A stretch of 64,000 nucleotides of DNA. Source: Clostridia bacterium (GTDB lineage: Bacteria > Bacillota > Clostridia > Oscillospirales > CAG-272). The notes under the pieces were generated by a model, which made no database searches, had not been told where the DNA came from, and worked only from the letters and a program-made list of their open reading frames with translations. A program made the translations under genes and the position numbers. The first letter of the stretch is position 1; every line of letters begins with the position of its first letter. The stretch is taken from positions 27,319 through 91,318 of the forward strand of contig JAFSAM010000005.1 of the NCBI GenBank assembly GCA_017441005.1. Reading direction: 5' to 3'. This document shows positions 1 through 10,387 of this stretch, in pieces.

Positions 1-2714
1 ATAGGCTCGTCACCGTTTTCGGTGTACATATATACGTATATCGGGTACTGCTTAAGGGGCTCGTAGGCAAACTGTGTGCCCATCACCTTGAAAACACATA
101 CCCCTGTCGGATTGCCGTCCGAGTACTCAAAAGCATCGCTGTCACTTATTTCGACCGATTTAAGGATCTTTCTGACACTTGTACCGTCTCCGAAATCCTC
201 GACGGTAATATCGTCAGACTCAATTTTTGTGCTTTCGACCTCCTGGACCAATTCCATTTTTATTATCTTGTCGGTTTCGGGAACGTTGCCCTTCGCCACA
301 ATGGGAACAAGCTCTCCGTACTTGACGTTTATTATTCCGTAGTCCTTGTCAATGCCGTTTCCGAAGCAGGAAACGCCCTCCACGGAGTAGTTCGGATTGT
401 TGGCTGTACTGACCTTGACGTTAAAATAGTCGATACCTATGTCCGTTTTCAAGGCATAGTCGACGGGCAATTCGTATACACCGCTCGTAAATCCGTCCTT
501 GTGAATGACGAGAGAAACGCGCTCTGTGCCGTATTCATAGGAAAATACCGCTCTTCCGTTTTTGTCGGTGACCTTCGTTGTACCGTCAAAGGTTACGGAA
601 ACATTTTGCAAGGGGGTAGTTCCGAGCATTACGGCAACGGTGTACCACTGCACATCTTCTTCGGAGTAAACGATCGATTCCGATATATTCTCTGCACAGG
701 AAGAGGGGATGACGATGGATCCGTCGGATATTATCAGATTTGTCAAGGATGAATTTATGATCTTATATCCCAATATTTGCGGAGACTCAATTATGATTTC
801 CTCGCCGTATTTTCTGGTAAGGGAAATGTCGGCGGCAGCTGTGTCACCGTTTGTATAGATAAACTCCAAATCCACCGTATACTCGTTTACTGTATAGATG
901 AATTCGACCGAAATGTCTTCCACTCCCATAGTCCCCGACATCTCACTCTCTGTGGGAGTATATCCGGTTATAATGGGTGCCTTTATTGTATAGTTCAGTC
1001 CCTCGCCTGCCTTTTGTGTTTCCGTATGGATGGTAGTGCCGTTTTGATCCTTGCAGACCACCTCTACGTTGTGCATTATTCTGCTGTAGGTAACCGTTTG
1101 AGTGGAATTCGAGTAAGGAGTCATGGTTACTTTCGACTTATCTGCCGAGTATCCCGTAATGGCGGGCGTATCTACCGTGACAGACTCTCCGGGATATACG
1201 TCTACGTAGGTTTCGTTGATGACTGCACCGTCACAAACGTAACGAACCGTAAGACCCACGTTCTTTTCAGAGTAAAAATAGGGGTCTGCCGACGAATCTA
1301 TCCAGCACCCTGACCCGTTGCTGTAAGTCGCCCAGCCGAGCAATGCTCTCGGATTATGAGTGCCGTATGTAAAAGATTTTCCCGCACTGTCGCTGTTTGA
1401 TGAGCGGGTGTTTACTTCCGTGTTGTGTGCAGGCGTTGTCACCTTGTTACATCCGCTGCCCGTAGTTGATTCGGCAACGTATTGGCTTCTCGTTAGGGTC
1501 ATTGCCGAATTTATGTAGTAATTATATGCACTTTCTCCGCCGTAACCGATCAAATAGCCCACGTCGGAATCATAGGTGGTCACACTTTTCAAAAGAGAGG
1601 TGACCGAGGTGTTTCCGGCATAACAGTTTTGGACAGTTGCACTTGGTGTCTGAGAAAAACCGATCAGACCGCCGGCACAGACACCACTCGAATACTCGCA
1701 GTAGCCCTCGGCGTAAACTTTGCCCGTTGCAAAGCAATTATCGACCTTTCCGTACACGTTATTTCCGATCAAGCCGCCTACATATACTCTTCCCACGGTA
1801 TCTGTTCCCGTCGCTTTCGCAGATACACTTGCGGTCGAATAGGAATTAGTGATTTGACCACCGGAACTGGGATTATCGCCTATCAGACCTCCGACCTTCG
1901 CCCCCCCGCAATTCGTAACGGTAACCGTTCCCAAAGATCTGCACTGCTCAACAGGTCCGCTATTATACGCCACTAAACCGCCTACGCTGATAAACTCGGA
2001 AGGACGGCTTATGTTGATGATAACGTCTGCAGATGAATTAGAGATATATCCTCCCTCATTAGCTCTGCAAAGCCCTCCGACGGAATTATAGGAGGAACCT
2101 ACAATTGTACCGGAAACGTCGCAGTTAATAATATATCCGTAGTTCCAGCAAACCAATATACCTGCCCAGGTATAGGGGGTTGAGTAGTAGGTAAGATTAG
2201 CATCCTCAATGTTCAGATTCTTTATAGTACCCTCGTTTATACCGAACAGCCCCTGGTAGGACTCGGTCAAAGCGGTGTTTATTTTTGACTGTTGTAAGCC
2301 GCTGATCTTATGACCGTTACCGTCAAAAGTGCCCTGAAAAGGTCTTGTTGAGTAATTAAATCCATCAAAAGCGGCACCGCCTTCACCGATGGGAGTCCAC
2401 TCAATTCCGCATAGGTCTATATCGGAAACAAGATCAATATATTTACCGCTGTATGTGTTACCCGCATTTACAGACTGCGCCAAAAACGCAAGCTGTGAAG
2501 CATCTTCTATAATATAGGGGTACGTCGATGAGCCGTCTCCACTTGCAAAGCAGCCCGCAACCGACCCGTCCCAGTCGGTAAGAGAGGTCGCCGCAGCTCT
2601 TTTATCGGAATCTGCCGCCGAATCACTTGAAGCCGTTTGATCGGCAGATGATGTGATCGGCAAAAGTCCAAACAGCATCGCCAGGGTAATAAACGTTGAA
2701 ATGATTCTCTTCAT
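1..2714 (-). CDS. Secreted cell-surface protein with GLUG-type repeats and C-terminal Ig/MucBP-like repeats (C-terminus runs off the window)
   Basis: The minus-strand frame is open from the ATG at 2714 to the window edge. With no stop in the window it is absent from the ORF track. N-terminus MKRIISTFITLAMLFGLLPITSSA looks like a signal peptide. Hand translation shows repeated GGL(I/V)G motifs (VGGLCRANEGG, VGGLVAYNSG, VGGLIGDNPS, VGGLIGNNVYG, AGGLIGFSQ). Later come ~60-70 aa repeats containing ITGY/ILGY, as in adhesin repeats. Confidence 0.75.
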   Translation of the reverse strand, partial: MKRIISTFITLAMLFGLLPITSSADQTASSDSAADSDKRAAATSLTDWDGSVAGCFASGDGSSTYPYIIEDASQLAFLAQSVNAGNTYSGKYIDLVSDIDLCGIEWTPIGEGGAAFDGFNYSTRPFQGTFDGNGHKISGLQQSKINTALTESYQGLFGINEGTIKNLNIEDANLTYYSTPYTWAGILVCWNYGYIINCDVSGTIVGSSYNSVGGLCRANEGGYISNSSADVIINISRPSEFISVGGLVAYNSGPVEQCRSLGTVTVTNCGGAKVGGLIGDNPSSGGQITNSYSTASVSAKATGTDTVGRVYVGGLIGNNVYGKVDNCFATGKVYAEGYCEYSSGVCAGGLIGFSQTPSATVQNCYAGNTSVTSLLKSVTTYDSDVGYLIGYGGESAYNYYINSAMTLTRSQYVAESTTGSGCNKVTTPAHNTEVNTRSSNSDSAGKSFTYGTHNPRALLGWATYSNGSGCWIDSSADPYFYSEKNVGLTVRYVCDGAVINETYVDVYPGESVTVDTPAITGYSADKSKVTMTPYSNSTQTVTYSRIMHNVEVVCKDQNGTTIHTETQKAGEGLNYTIKAPIITGYTPTESEMSGTMGVEDISVEFIYTVNEYTVDLEFIYTNGDTAAADISLTRKYGEEIIIESPQILGYKIINSSLTNLIISDGSIVIPSSCAENISESIVYSEEDVQWYTVAVMLGTTPLQNVSVTFDGTTKVTDKNGRAVFSYEYGTERVSLVIHKDGFTSGVYELPVDYALKTDIGIDYFNVKVSTANNPNYSVEGVSCFGNGIDKDYGIINVKYGELVPIVAKGNVPETDKIIKMELVQEVESTKIESDDITVEDFGDGTSVRKILKSVEISDSDAFEYSDGNPTGVCVFKVMGTQFAYEPLKQYPIYVYMYTENGDEP

Positions 2715-2719
2715 ATCTA

Positions 2720-3463
2720 TTATCTCCGTTTTTTCATTTTCTTTGTCTTTTTTGAATCGATACTTTTATTCAGGTCTTTTCTCATAACAAAAAGCCAAAC
2801 GGCACCGACCGCCGCCATAAACAGCGCGTGGAACGAGAGAGCTGAGCACCCGAGCCATATTTTCTCGTTGTTCCTCAAAAACTCCCACAAAAAACGAGTC
2901 GAGCCGAATATTATAAACATAATGGGAAGACTATACCCTTCTCCGTTATAGCCTCGCCTTTTATTCCACAGAAGCAGGAACAGGCAAAGCATCAAAACGG
3001 CAACCGCCTCTATGATCTGTATCGGGAATGCATTTCCGCCATAGTAAAAGCTGTATATTCCGAATTTGGAGGGATATCCGCCACAGCACCCCGCAAAAAC
3101 ACAGCCAAAAAGACTTATTCCGGTCGAAAGGCAAATAATGGGGGCTAAAAAATCGCAAACCTTGCGCCATTTAATTTTCAGCAACACCGCAGGCGGAAAA
3201 GCGATAACGGGAAGATATGGCAATGCACGAACAATGCTCCTGGTTCCCATACCGGTAAAGCCCGTTTCTATCATAAAATGAACGTTAACCCATATAAAGA
3301 TCATTGTATAGACAAAGACCAAAGTCAAGGGCGATTTCCATATCGAACAAATGTATTTTCTTTGATACCAAAGGCCGAAAAGCACCGCGACTGCAATACC
3401 TATGACCTGGAATGCCGTATACCAGCATTCCCCCAGGGGAGTTCCCTGCATTTTTTCAAGCAT
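2720..3463 (-). CDS. Divergent prolipoprotein diacylglyceryl transferase (Lgt) family membrane protein
   Basis: Polytopic membrane protein. DFLAPIICLSTGISLFGCVFAGCCGGYP aligns to the Lgt [23 protein letters not shown] region. FPIQIIEAV aligns to HPSQLYELL, and FGSTRFLWEFLR to GAFRIIVEFFR. The first ATG with an upstream purine-rich stretch is at 3463; the track ORF extends to 3502. Confidence 0.55.
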   Translation of the reverse strand: MLEKMQGTPLGECWYTAFQVIGIAVAVLFGLWYQRKYICSIWKSPLTLVFVYTMIFIWVNVHFMIETGFTGMGTRSIVRALPYLPVIAFPPAVLLKIKWRKVCDFLAPIICLSTGISLFGCVFAGCCGGYPSKFGIYSFYYGGNAFPIQIIEAVAVLMLCLFLLLWNKRRGYNGEGYSLPIMFIIFGSTRFLWEFLRNNEKIWLGCSALSFHALFMAAVGAVWLFVMRKDLNKSIDSKKTKKMKKRR

Positions 3464-3554
3464 ACCGTCTACCCTTTTTTCCTCAAAATAAAGAATAACC
3501 AATTAATTTTAACATATTTTTCGGAAAAATGCAACCGAAAGAGCCGTAAAACAC

Positions 3555-3595
3555 AAAAAAGGCGGTACGGTTAGTAAACCGTACCGCCTTTTTTC
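3555..3595 (-). terminator. Rho-independent terminator downstream of cdsA (bidirectional shape)
   Basis: 12-bp stem ggcggtacggtt / aaccgtaccgcc (3561-3572, 3577-3588), flanked by an A-run and a T-run. Confidence 0.65.
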
Positions 3596-4390
3596 TCATA
3601 AACAGAACAAATATGTCAACGGTAAAACAAAGATCAGACTGTCGAATCTATCAAGAATGCCTCCGTGCCCCGGAAGCAGTCTTCCGTAATCCTTTATTCC
3701 GAAGATCCTCTTGACCGAAGAGAAAGCCAGATCGCCGAACTGACCGACAAGAGAAGCTAAAGCCGCATAGCTGATCAAATGCCAAAGCCCGATCCGCACA
3801 AGCCCATAATGCATAAAAATTGCCGATACAAAAAGCACCGCCGCGACAGCACAAGCAAGTCCGCACAATGCCCCCTCTACCGTTTTTTTCGGACTCACCG
3901 AAGGAAAAAGCTTGTGTTTTCCCCATGCTCTGCCGCAAAGGTAGGCAAATATATCAGTTATAATGGGAATAAGAAATGCCATGCTGAGCCAATATATACC
4001 GTCATTTGCTGCTCTGATACCCACCATACACTTGAAAAATAATACAGTCATCAATGCGATCCATAAAACGGTCCACGGCATAAGCGTGTCTAAATTCTTG
4101 ACGTTGGTCATCAAAAAGGCAAACACCGTGACTGCCATAGAAAAAGAAGCAACAACGATAAAATCAAATCCGGGTATTTCGACAAACGCTAAAATAATTG
4201 CGGCACCGCAACTCACGTAGTATAATATTTTATTTCCTCTTATGCCCGCTGCACGGTACAGTTCGTGAATGGCCTGCATACCGAGACAGGCAATTACAAT
4301 ATTCAACAAATAAGGAGCGTATGAAAAATATATAATGACCGCAATAAGCGACGAAAGGAGCGCACCTGTTATAAACCTTATTTTAAACAT
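3596..4390 (-). CDS. cdsA: Phosphatidate cytidylyltransferase
   Basis: 264-aa polytopic protein with the C-terminal CTP-transferase signature SSVKRIFGIKDYGRLLPGHGGILDRFDS. Confidence 0.9.
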   Translation of the reverse strand: MFKIRFITGALLSSLIAVIIYFSYAPYLLNIVIACLGMQAIHELYRAAGIRGNKILYYVSCGAAIILAFVEIPGFDFIVVASFSMAVTVFAFLMTNVKNLDTLMPWTVLWIALMTVLFFKCMVGIRAANDGIYWLSMAFLIPIITDIFAYLCGRAWGKHKLFPSVSPKKTVEGALCGLACAVAAVLFVSAIFMHYGLVRIGLWHLISYAALASLVGQFGDLAFSSVKRIFGIKDYGRLLPGHGGILDRFDSLIFVLPLTYLFCL

Positions 4391-4429
4391 ATATGTTTAT
4401 CCTATCTATTCTAAAAAACTAACGAGCTT

Positions 4430-4645
4430 TTACCTCAAATTTTGATTCCGTACCGTTCCAAAGCCGCCTAATGTTCTCTTTATGCCGTAAAGCTCATGCA
4501 CTTCTTCTTCGCTCCAAGTAAGACGAGCGGGGGACTCATTGCCATGATAAACCGTTGTCATTTTAGCATAATCAATGTCATATCTTTCAAGTTGTTCGGC
4601 AGTCAGATCAGCACACGAGTCGGTAATAATTTTTACTTTAGGCAT
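4430..4645 (-). pseudogene. DegV-family N-terminal remnant (~71 codons)
   Basis: [37 protein letters not shown] matches the DegV N-terminus (KIxIVTDSxxDL...). The ORF stops after ~71 aa, whereas DegV proteins are ~280 aa. It sits between ftsH and cdsA. Confidence 0.55.
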
Positions 4646-6491
4646 TATTATTCTCCTTTTCATCCGTGCGGGTCAAAATATCCATAAACTCTTCGCCCGT
4701 AATAGTCTCATGCATATAAAGATATTGAGCAAGCTTGTCGAGCTTTTGCTTGTTATCTTTAATGATTTGTTTAGCTTTCTCGTATTGTGCTTTGACAAGG
4801 GCAACAACCTGCCTGTCGATCTCACTTGCCGTATCTGCAGAGCAGGCAAGAGATGCATCTCCGCCGAGATATTGGTTGGAAACGGTCTCCAGAGCCACCA
4901 TTCCAAAGTCTTCACTCATACCGAATCTTGTGATCATCGCGCGAGCAAGCTTTGTTGCCTGCTCAATGTCATTGGAAGCACCCGTTGTAACCGAGCCGAC
5001 GGCGACCTCCTCCGCCGCACGTCCGCCGGTAAACGTGGCGATCTTGTTTTCGATCTCCTCTTTGCTCATCAGGTAATGATTTCCTTCATCGACTTGCATC
5101 GTGTAACCGAGAGCTCCCGAGGTACGCGGAACGATGGTGATCTTTTGTACGGGGGCTGAATTGGTCTGCATCGCCGCAACAAGTGCGTGACCTACCTCGT
5201 GATAGGCGACGATCATTTTTTCTTTATCTGTAAGAATTGCATTTTTCTTTTGATAGCCCGCAATTACGACCTCAATGCTTTCCTCGAGATCTGCCTGAGT
5301 CGCCATCTTTCTTCCCGCACGTACTGCACGCAGAGCAGCCTCGTTTACTATATTCGCAAGCTCTGCTCCCGATGCGCCCGATGCCATACGCGCAACCTGA
5401 GTGAAATCAATGTTAGGTACTGTTTTGATCTTTTTACAATGCACCTTAAGTATAGCCTCGCGCCCCTTTAGGTCGGGAAGCTCTACCGGCACGCGTCGGT
5501 CAAAGCGTCCCGGACGAGTAAGTGCCGGATCTAATGCTTCAGGACGGTTTGTTGCCGCAAGAATAATAACGCCCGTATTGCCCTCAAATCCGTCCATTTC
5601 TGTGAGAAGCTGGTTCAAGGTCTGCTCGCGCTCGTCGTGTCCGCCGCTCATTCCGCCCGCCATACGTTTGCCGCCAATAGCGTCGATCTCATCAATAAAA
5701 ATAATACAGGGTGCTTTTTCTTTCGCCTGCTTAAATAGGTCACGCACCTTGGAAGCGCCCATACCGACAAACATTTCGACAAATTCAGAACCGCTTATCG
5801 AGAAAAAAGGCACGTTAGCTTCACCTGCTACCGCTTTCGCAAGCATAGTCTTACCGGTTCCTGGAGGACCGACAAGCAAAATACCCTTGGGCATCTGAGC
5901 TCCGATCTCGGTATATTTCTTCGGGTTATGTAAATAATCGACAATTTCGGCAAGGCTTTCCTCGGCTTCGTCCACCCCCTCTACGTCATCGAACTTGATA
6001 CCGTTTGAAGACTTAACGTAGATCTTGGCGTTTGATTTTCCCATATTGAACATCATAGAGCCCGAGCCGCCGCCCGCTTTTTGCATCATTTTTTTAGACA
6101 TATACTGCCCGATAGCAATAAATATTACGATCGGAAGCACCCAAGTAAACAATAAATTCAAAATAAATGAGGGTTCCTCAATGACCTGACCCGAAAATTT
6201 CGCCCCCGAAGAGTATAGACGGTCTGTCAAATCGGCATCATCCACCATTGCAGTGGAATAATACTCATTTTCCGATCTGTCTGTAAAAACGATCTTGTTT
6301 TCTGATTCACTGATTTCGACCCGGCCGATATTTTTTTCCTCTATCATGCTCATAAAGGTCCCGTAATCAACCTCTTTGATCTTTTGTCCAACCAACCAAG
6401 GCATAATAAAAGAATTAAAAACAATTATTACAAGAATTACTATTCCGTAGTAGAAAATAAGCGGTTTTCTCGGTTTTCTTACCTCGTTCAT
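4638..6491 (-). CDS. ftsH: ATP-dependent zinc metalloprotease FtsH
   Basis: 617 aa with an N-terminal TM pair, Walker [12 protein letters not shown] second region of homology and the zinc site HEVGHAL. Confidence 0.96.
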   Translation of the reverse strand: MNEVRKPRKPLIFYYGIVILVIIVFNSFIMPWLVGQKIKEVDYGTFMSMIEEKNIGRVEISESENKIVFTDRSENEYYSTAMVDDADLTDRLYSSGAKFSGQVIEEPSFILNLLFTWVLPIVIFIAIGQYMSKKMMQKAGGGSGSMMFNMGKSNAKIYVKSSNGIKFDDVEGVDEAEESLAEIVDYLHNPKKYTEIGAQMPKGILLVGPPGTGKTMLAKAVAGEANVPFFSISGSEFVEMFVGMGASKVRDLFKQAKEKAPCIIFIDEIDAIGGKRMAGGMSGGHDEREQTLNQLLTEMDGFEGNTGVIILAATNRPEALDPALTRPGRFDRRVPVELPDLKGREAILKVHCKKIKTVPNIDFTQVARMASGASGAELANIVNEAALRAVRAGRKMATQADLEESIEVVIAGYQKKNAILTDKEKMIVAYHEVGHALVAAMQTNSAPVQKITIVPRTSGALGYTMQVDEGNHYLMSKEEIENKIATFTGGRAAEEVAVGSVTTGASNDIEQATKLARAMITRFGMSEDFGMVALETVSNQYLGGDASLACSADTASEIDRQVVALVKAQYEKAKQIIKDNKQKLDKLAQYLYMHETITGEEFMDILTRTDEKENNNA

Positions 6492-6520
6492 ATATTTATT
6501 CCTTTCTCTTCGATAAGCAG

Positions 6521-7429
6521 TTACACTTTCAGCTTATACGGCGCATAGGTTACTTTAAAGTCCTTATTTTTACCTAAGCCGCTATCCCCGACTGCTTTAT
6601 ATGATGTTACTCCCGTTATAGTTTCCCCGTCTATCTGCAGTGCAACAGGACGGTCAAATTCGACTGTAATTTCATTTCCCTTCAGTATTTCCACGTGTTT
6701 ATTGTGCTTGATGTGCTCTCCCTTAAAAAGCGAGGGAAAGATCCTCAAGGTATTTAGCTTTCCCGATCCATGAAATATCATAGTTGAGAGAACACCCGTA
6801 TTCCTCTCTTGATTCGGAGTCGGCATCATCCCACCGCCGTAGAATCGTCCGTTCATCGTTGGTGCGATCCACACCTTTTTGTATGTATATACCTCTCCGT
6901 CTACCGTCACCCTTGCATTAGTCGGCTTGTAGTGGAACAACAGACCCTTTATTGCAATAGAAGTGTAATTAACCTTCTTGCCCGGCGTTTTTTTCAGCTT
7001 ATCCCCTACCTCACAGCAGTATCCGTCTATACCGTAACCGACACCGTTGATAAAACGGCAGCTTTTGTTGTTGACCGTAACGTAAGGAAGACCCTTCAAG
7101 TGCTTTTTGATCGAAAACGGTCTGCAAAGCCGCGAATGCCCGAGATCGTATGCAAAATCGTTGCCTGTCCCCGTAGGATAATACAAAACGTCGTTTTCAA
7201 ATTCAATACCGTCGATGTTGTTGATAAATCCGTTAAGAGTACCGTCTCCGCCCGACAGAATTATATATGCATCTTTTTCAAGTCCCGCAATAAAGATACG
7301 GTAATCCTCAATGCTTGTAATATCGATAAAAATCAACTCGTCACAAAGGACGTATTCAAGAGCCATCACACAGTCTAACGTGTCTTTGTCCCCCGCATTT
7401 TGATTGTAAAGAACATATCCCGTTGCCAC
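6521..7429 (-). CDS. Diacylglycerol/lipid kinase family protein (DAGK catalytic domain, YegS/DgkB-like)
   Basis: 302 aa with the GGDGTLNGFIN motif typical of the DAGK_cat domain. GTG start preceded by ggggaga. Confidence 0.8.
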   Translation of the reverse strand: MATGYVLYNQNAGDKDTLDCVMALEYVLCDELIFIDITSIEDYRIFIAGLEKDAYIILSGGDGTLNGFINNIDGIEFENDVLYYPTGTGNDFAYDLGHSRLCRPFSIKKHLKGLPYVTVNNKSCRFINGVGYGIDGYCCEVGDKLKKTPGKKVNYTSIAIKGLLFHYKPTNARVTVDGEVYTYKKVWIAPTMNGRFYGGGMMPTPNQERNTGVLSTMIFHGSGKLNTLRIFPSLFKGEHIKHNKHVEILKGNEITVEFDRPVALQIDGETITGVTSYKAVGDSGLGKNKDFKVTYAPYKLKV

Positions 7430-7582
7430 TATATTCTCCCCTTATTTTAGTCAAAGCTATCCTTTTATATCTTTTACAGTCCGAGTATATACTTAAAAAT
7501 GCAACCCAACTTCAATTCAACCTCAATTTTTGTTGAAAAAAGAACATCTGCCATAGATTGGCAGATGCTCCAAAAGTTTTTA

Positions 7583-8638
7583 TTACTGATTATTCATAAG
7601 CACAACAGTAAAACGGCAGCCGTTCTCCGTATTTGATGCAGTTATCTCGCCGTTTTCAAGAGAGATGATACGTTTTACGAGCGCAAGCCCGAGCCCGTTA
7701 CCCTCAACCTTATGCGAGGTGTCGGCTTGATAAAACTTATCAAACAAATGCTTAAGAGTTTCTTCCGAAAGCGCAGGGCCTTGATTTTCAATCGAGAATA
7801 CTATTTTTTCATCCTCTTGACACAGCTGCATTTTTATAATACCGTTTTGCGGACTGAATTTCACGGCATTGCTCAGAAGATTACTCCAGACGTGATGCAT
7901 AATGCTTTTGTTTCCGTGGTAAAAAACGGTATCAAGCTCGACGTCAAATTCAATGTTTTTCTGCTCCCACGCGGTTTCGAGAGCCAAAATGCCCTCCCTT
8001 ATCTGTTCGTCAAGAGAAAAGTTTACTCGCCCGGTCTGGATCGATTGGTTTTCCAGCTTTGAAAGTAGCAAAATATTGCTCACAAGCGAAGAAAGGCGAC
8101 GAGTATTGAAAAGTATCTTTTCTATGTATTCGTTTTCTATATCATCAATGTTGTCAGTGCTTTGCAAAAGCGTCGTATAGCCCTCGATCGCGTTGATGGG
8201 CGTTTTAAATTCGTGAGAAACGTTGGATACAAAGTCAGTCTGTAATATTTCCGTTGCTTCAAGCTCGCCCGCCATCATATTGAATCCGGCAAAAAGCTCC
8301 TGTATCTCTTCTGACGAGGAATGTGTTTCCAGTCTGGTCTCAAACCTGCCGTCAGCAATTTTTTGCATACCGCCTCTCAGCTCTTTGATAGGATCAAAAA
8401 ATATTTTCGATAAGAATATAGTAGCAATAACCGCAATAAGCAAGCTAAAGAAATTCAGCTGAATAAAGCCCGGTATATTTTTTATACTCGGAATCACCCA
8501 TTCAAGAAAACTTGAAATACCGGACGAAATAAGTATACTCGAAAGCACCACCGCGCCGACAAGCAAAATCATTCCCGCCCTCAGACTAAGCTTTTTTCTC
8601 TGTTTCCTCAGCTTTTGAAACCTCTCCCGTTCCCTCAT
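7583..8638 (-). CDS. Sensor histidine kinase (2 TM, HAMP, HisKA, HATPase_c)
   Basis: H-box SHEFKTPINAI, N-box LLSNAVKF and G-boxes GNGLGLALVKRI. Its start overlaps the response-regulator stop by 4 nt. Confidence 0.88.
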   Translation of the reverse strand: MRERERFQKLRKQRKKLSLRAGMILLVGAVVLSSILISSGISSFLEWVIPSIKNIPGFIQLNFFSLLIAVIATIFLSKIFFDPIKELRGGMQKIADGRFETRLETHSSSEEIQELFAGFNMMAGELEATEILQTDFVSNVSHEFKTPINAIEGYTTLLQSTDNIDDIENEYIEKILFNTRRLSSLVSNILLLSKLENQSIQTGRVNFSLDEQIREGILALETAWEQKNIEFDVELDTVFYHGNKSIMHHVWSNLLSNAVKFSPQNGIIKMQLCQEDEKIVFSIENQGPALSEETLKHLFDKFYQADTSHKVEGNGLGLALVKRIISLENGEITASNTENGCRFTVVLMNNQ

Positions 8639-9306
8639 AGCTTTACCACCTTGTAGCCGATGCCGCGCATCGTAACGATCTTAAAATCCCTATTATCCTT
8701 AAAACGCTCCCTCAGCCTTCCGATATGCACGTCGACGGTATGTGTATCACTGTCGGAATCATAGCCCCAGATGTCATCCATAAGCTGCTGGCGTGTGAAT
8801 ATCCTTCCCGGATATGATGCAAGCTTATACAGAAGCATAAACTCCTTTTGAGGAAGAACAGCGCTTTCCCCGTCAAAATATACGGTAAAGGTATCACATT
8901 CGATAACAGTGTTGCCGAGAGTGACTTTACGATCGTTGATCATCTGCGCACGCCTGAGAAGAGCCTGTACGCGCAGTACCATCTCGTTTACGTTGATGGG
9001 CTTCACCATATAATCGTCGCTTCCCGAAAGAAACCCCTGACGCATATCATCAAATGCATCTTTGGCTGTGATCATCATAACAGGTGTCGTGTTTCCGGCA
9101 TCACGCAAGTGCCGTACGAACTCGTAGCCATCCATTACGGGCATCATAATATCCGAAATAATTAGATCGAAATATTCGGAATCAATAGCATCAAGCCCCT
9201 CTTTTCCATTGGAAACCTCTTTGGTGCTGAATCCGTTTTTTATAAGGACGTGAGCGAAAAGCCTCCTAAGCTCACGGTCATCTTCTGCGATCAAAATTTT
9301 TAACAT
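8635..9306 (-). CDS. OmpR/PhoB-family response regulator
   Basis: The receiver domain (ILIAEDD...DLIISDIMMP...KP) is followed by a winged-helix domain (LTxKEFxLLxxLxxxPGRIFTRQQL, VDVHIGRLRERF). The ATG at 9306 is preceded by ggaggaag; the track ORF extends to 9363. Confidence 0.9.
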   Translation of the reverse strand: MLKILIAEDDRELRRLFAHVLIKNGFSTKEVSNGKEGLDAIDSEYFDLIISDIMMPVMDGYEFVRHLRDAGNTTPVMMITAKDAFDDMRQGFLSGSDDYMVKPINVNEMVLRVQALLRRAQMINDRKVTLGNTVIECDTFTVYFDGESAVLPQKEFMLLYKLASYPGRIFTRQQLMDDIWGYDSDSDTHTVDVHIGRLRERFKDNRDFKIVTMRGIGYKVVKL

Positions 9307-9471
9307 ATTTGCTTCCTCCATCCTTCTGCTATATATTTTATACGCATAACCAAACACTGTCAAGGCTATACTACGTCTGATTACACAAGTTTAAAATGCT
9401 TGCATTTTTTATATTTATAAAAAAGACATAAGATATCAGTTTTTATTATAGAATTAGAGTGTAAACTGTTT

Positions 9472-9509
9472 TTCAACTGAAGTTCAACAAATGTTGAATT
9501 TCAGTTGAA
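9472..9509. promoter_or_regulatory. 18-bp inverted repeat (candidate operator) between the two-component operon and plsY
   Basis: ttcaactgaagttcaaca-aa-tgttgaatttcagttgaa, with 17/18 positions complementary. Each arm contains TTCAAC twice at 11-bp spacing. Confidence 0.3.
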
Positions 9510-9602
9510 GGATAGTTGATTATTTGAGAGTACAATATTTTAAGTAGAATGGACAGATTTTTTTGATATATATAAACCGCATTAAAAAACAGGGGTGAAA
9601 AA

Positions 9603-10274
9603 ATGAAATTTTTATGCTGCATACTGATCGGATATCTGATAGGCTCTATAAATCCGTCGTATTTTATTGCAAAAAGCAAGGGATTTGATATCCGTACAAA
9701 GGGTTCGCGCAATGCAGGAGCTTCAAACGTATTGATTTTACTTGGGAAACTTTCCGGTGTGATGTGCGCAATAATAGATATAGCAAAGGCGTATCTTGCT
9801 ATACTGCTGACGGCGACTATGTTTCCCGGATATGAGTATGCTTTTTCGGTTACCGCCGTGTTCTGTGTGATAGGTCACGTTTTTCCGTTTTATATGAGCT
9901 TCAAGGGCGGTAAGGGACTTGCGTGTCTCGGCGGAATAATTCTGTATTATAATTGGAAGGTATTTCTTATTATGCTTTTTTCCGCAACCGTCCTCGCACT
10001 TTTGACGGATTATATCTGCTTTGTTCCCCTCTCCGCATCAGTCGTTTTTCCGTTTGTTTACGGAATTCTCGAAAAAAACATAGTCGGAGCAATAATGCTG
10101 GCTGCCATTACCGCAATTATGCTCGTAAAGCATATTGAGAATTTAAAAAGAATAGGTGCGGGAACGGAAATGCGGCTCAGCTACCTGTGGAAGCCGGAAG
10201 CTGAAATAGAACGAATGAAGAACAATATTTCCGCAGACGAACAAACCTTCTCCGATAATTTTTTAACCAAATAA
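9603..10274 (+). CDS. plsY: Glycerol-3-phosphate acyltransferase PlsY
   Basis: GSINPSYFIAKSKG, GSRNAGASNV and HVFPFYMSFKGGKG motifs. RBS aggggtg. Confidence 0.9.
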   Translation: MKFLCCILIGYLIGSINPSYFIAKSKGFDIRTKGSRNAGASNVLILLGKLSGVMCAIIDIAKAYLAILLTATMFPGYEYAFSVTAVFCVIGHVFPFYMSFKGGKGLACLGGIILYYNWKVFLIMLFSATVLALLTDYICFVPLSASVVFPFVYGILEKNIVGAIMLAAITAIMLVKHIENLKRIGAGTEMRLSYLWKPEAEIERMKNNISADEQTFSDNFLTK

Positions 10275-10286
10275 CACTTGCTTAGT

Positions 10287-10331
10287 AAAAAAAGGCAATG
10301 CAGAGCATCCCTCCTCTGCATTGCCTTTTTT
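10287..10331. terminator. Bidirectional rho-independent terminator after plsY
   Basis: 12-bp stem ggcaatgcagag / ctctgcattgcc (10294-10305, 10314-10325), with an A7 run upstream and a T6 run downstream. Confidence 0.75.
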
Positions 10332-10387
10332 GCATTTAATTGTGACAATCGATATAAACGAATTAGCTTTGAGTCATTGTCAGCAAC

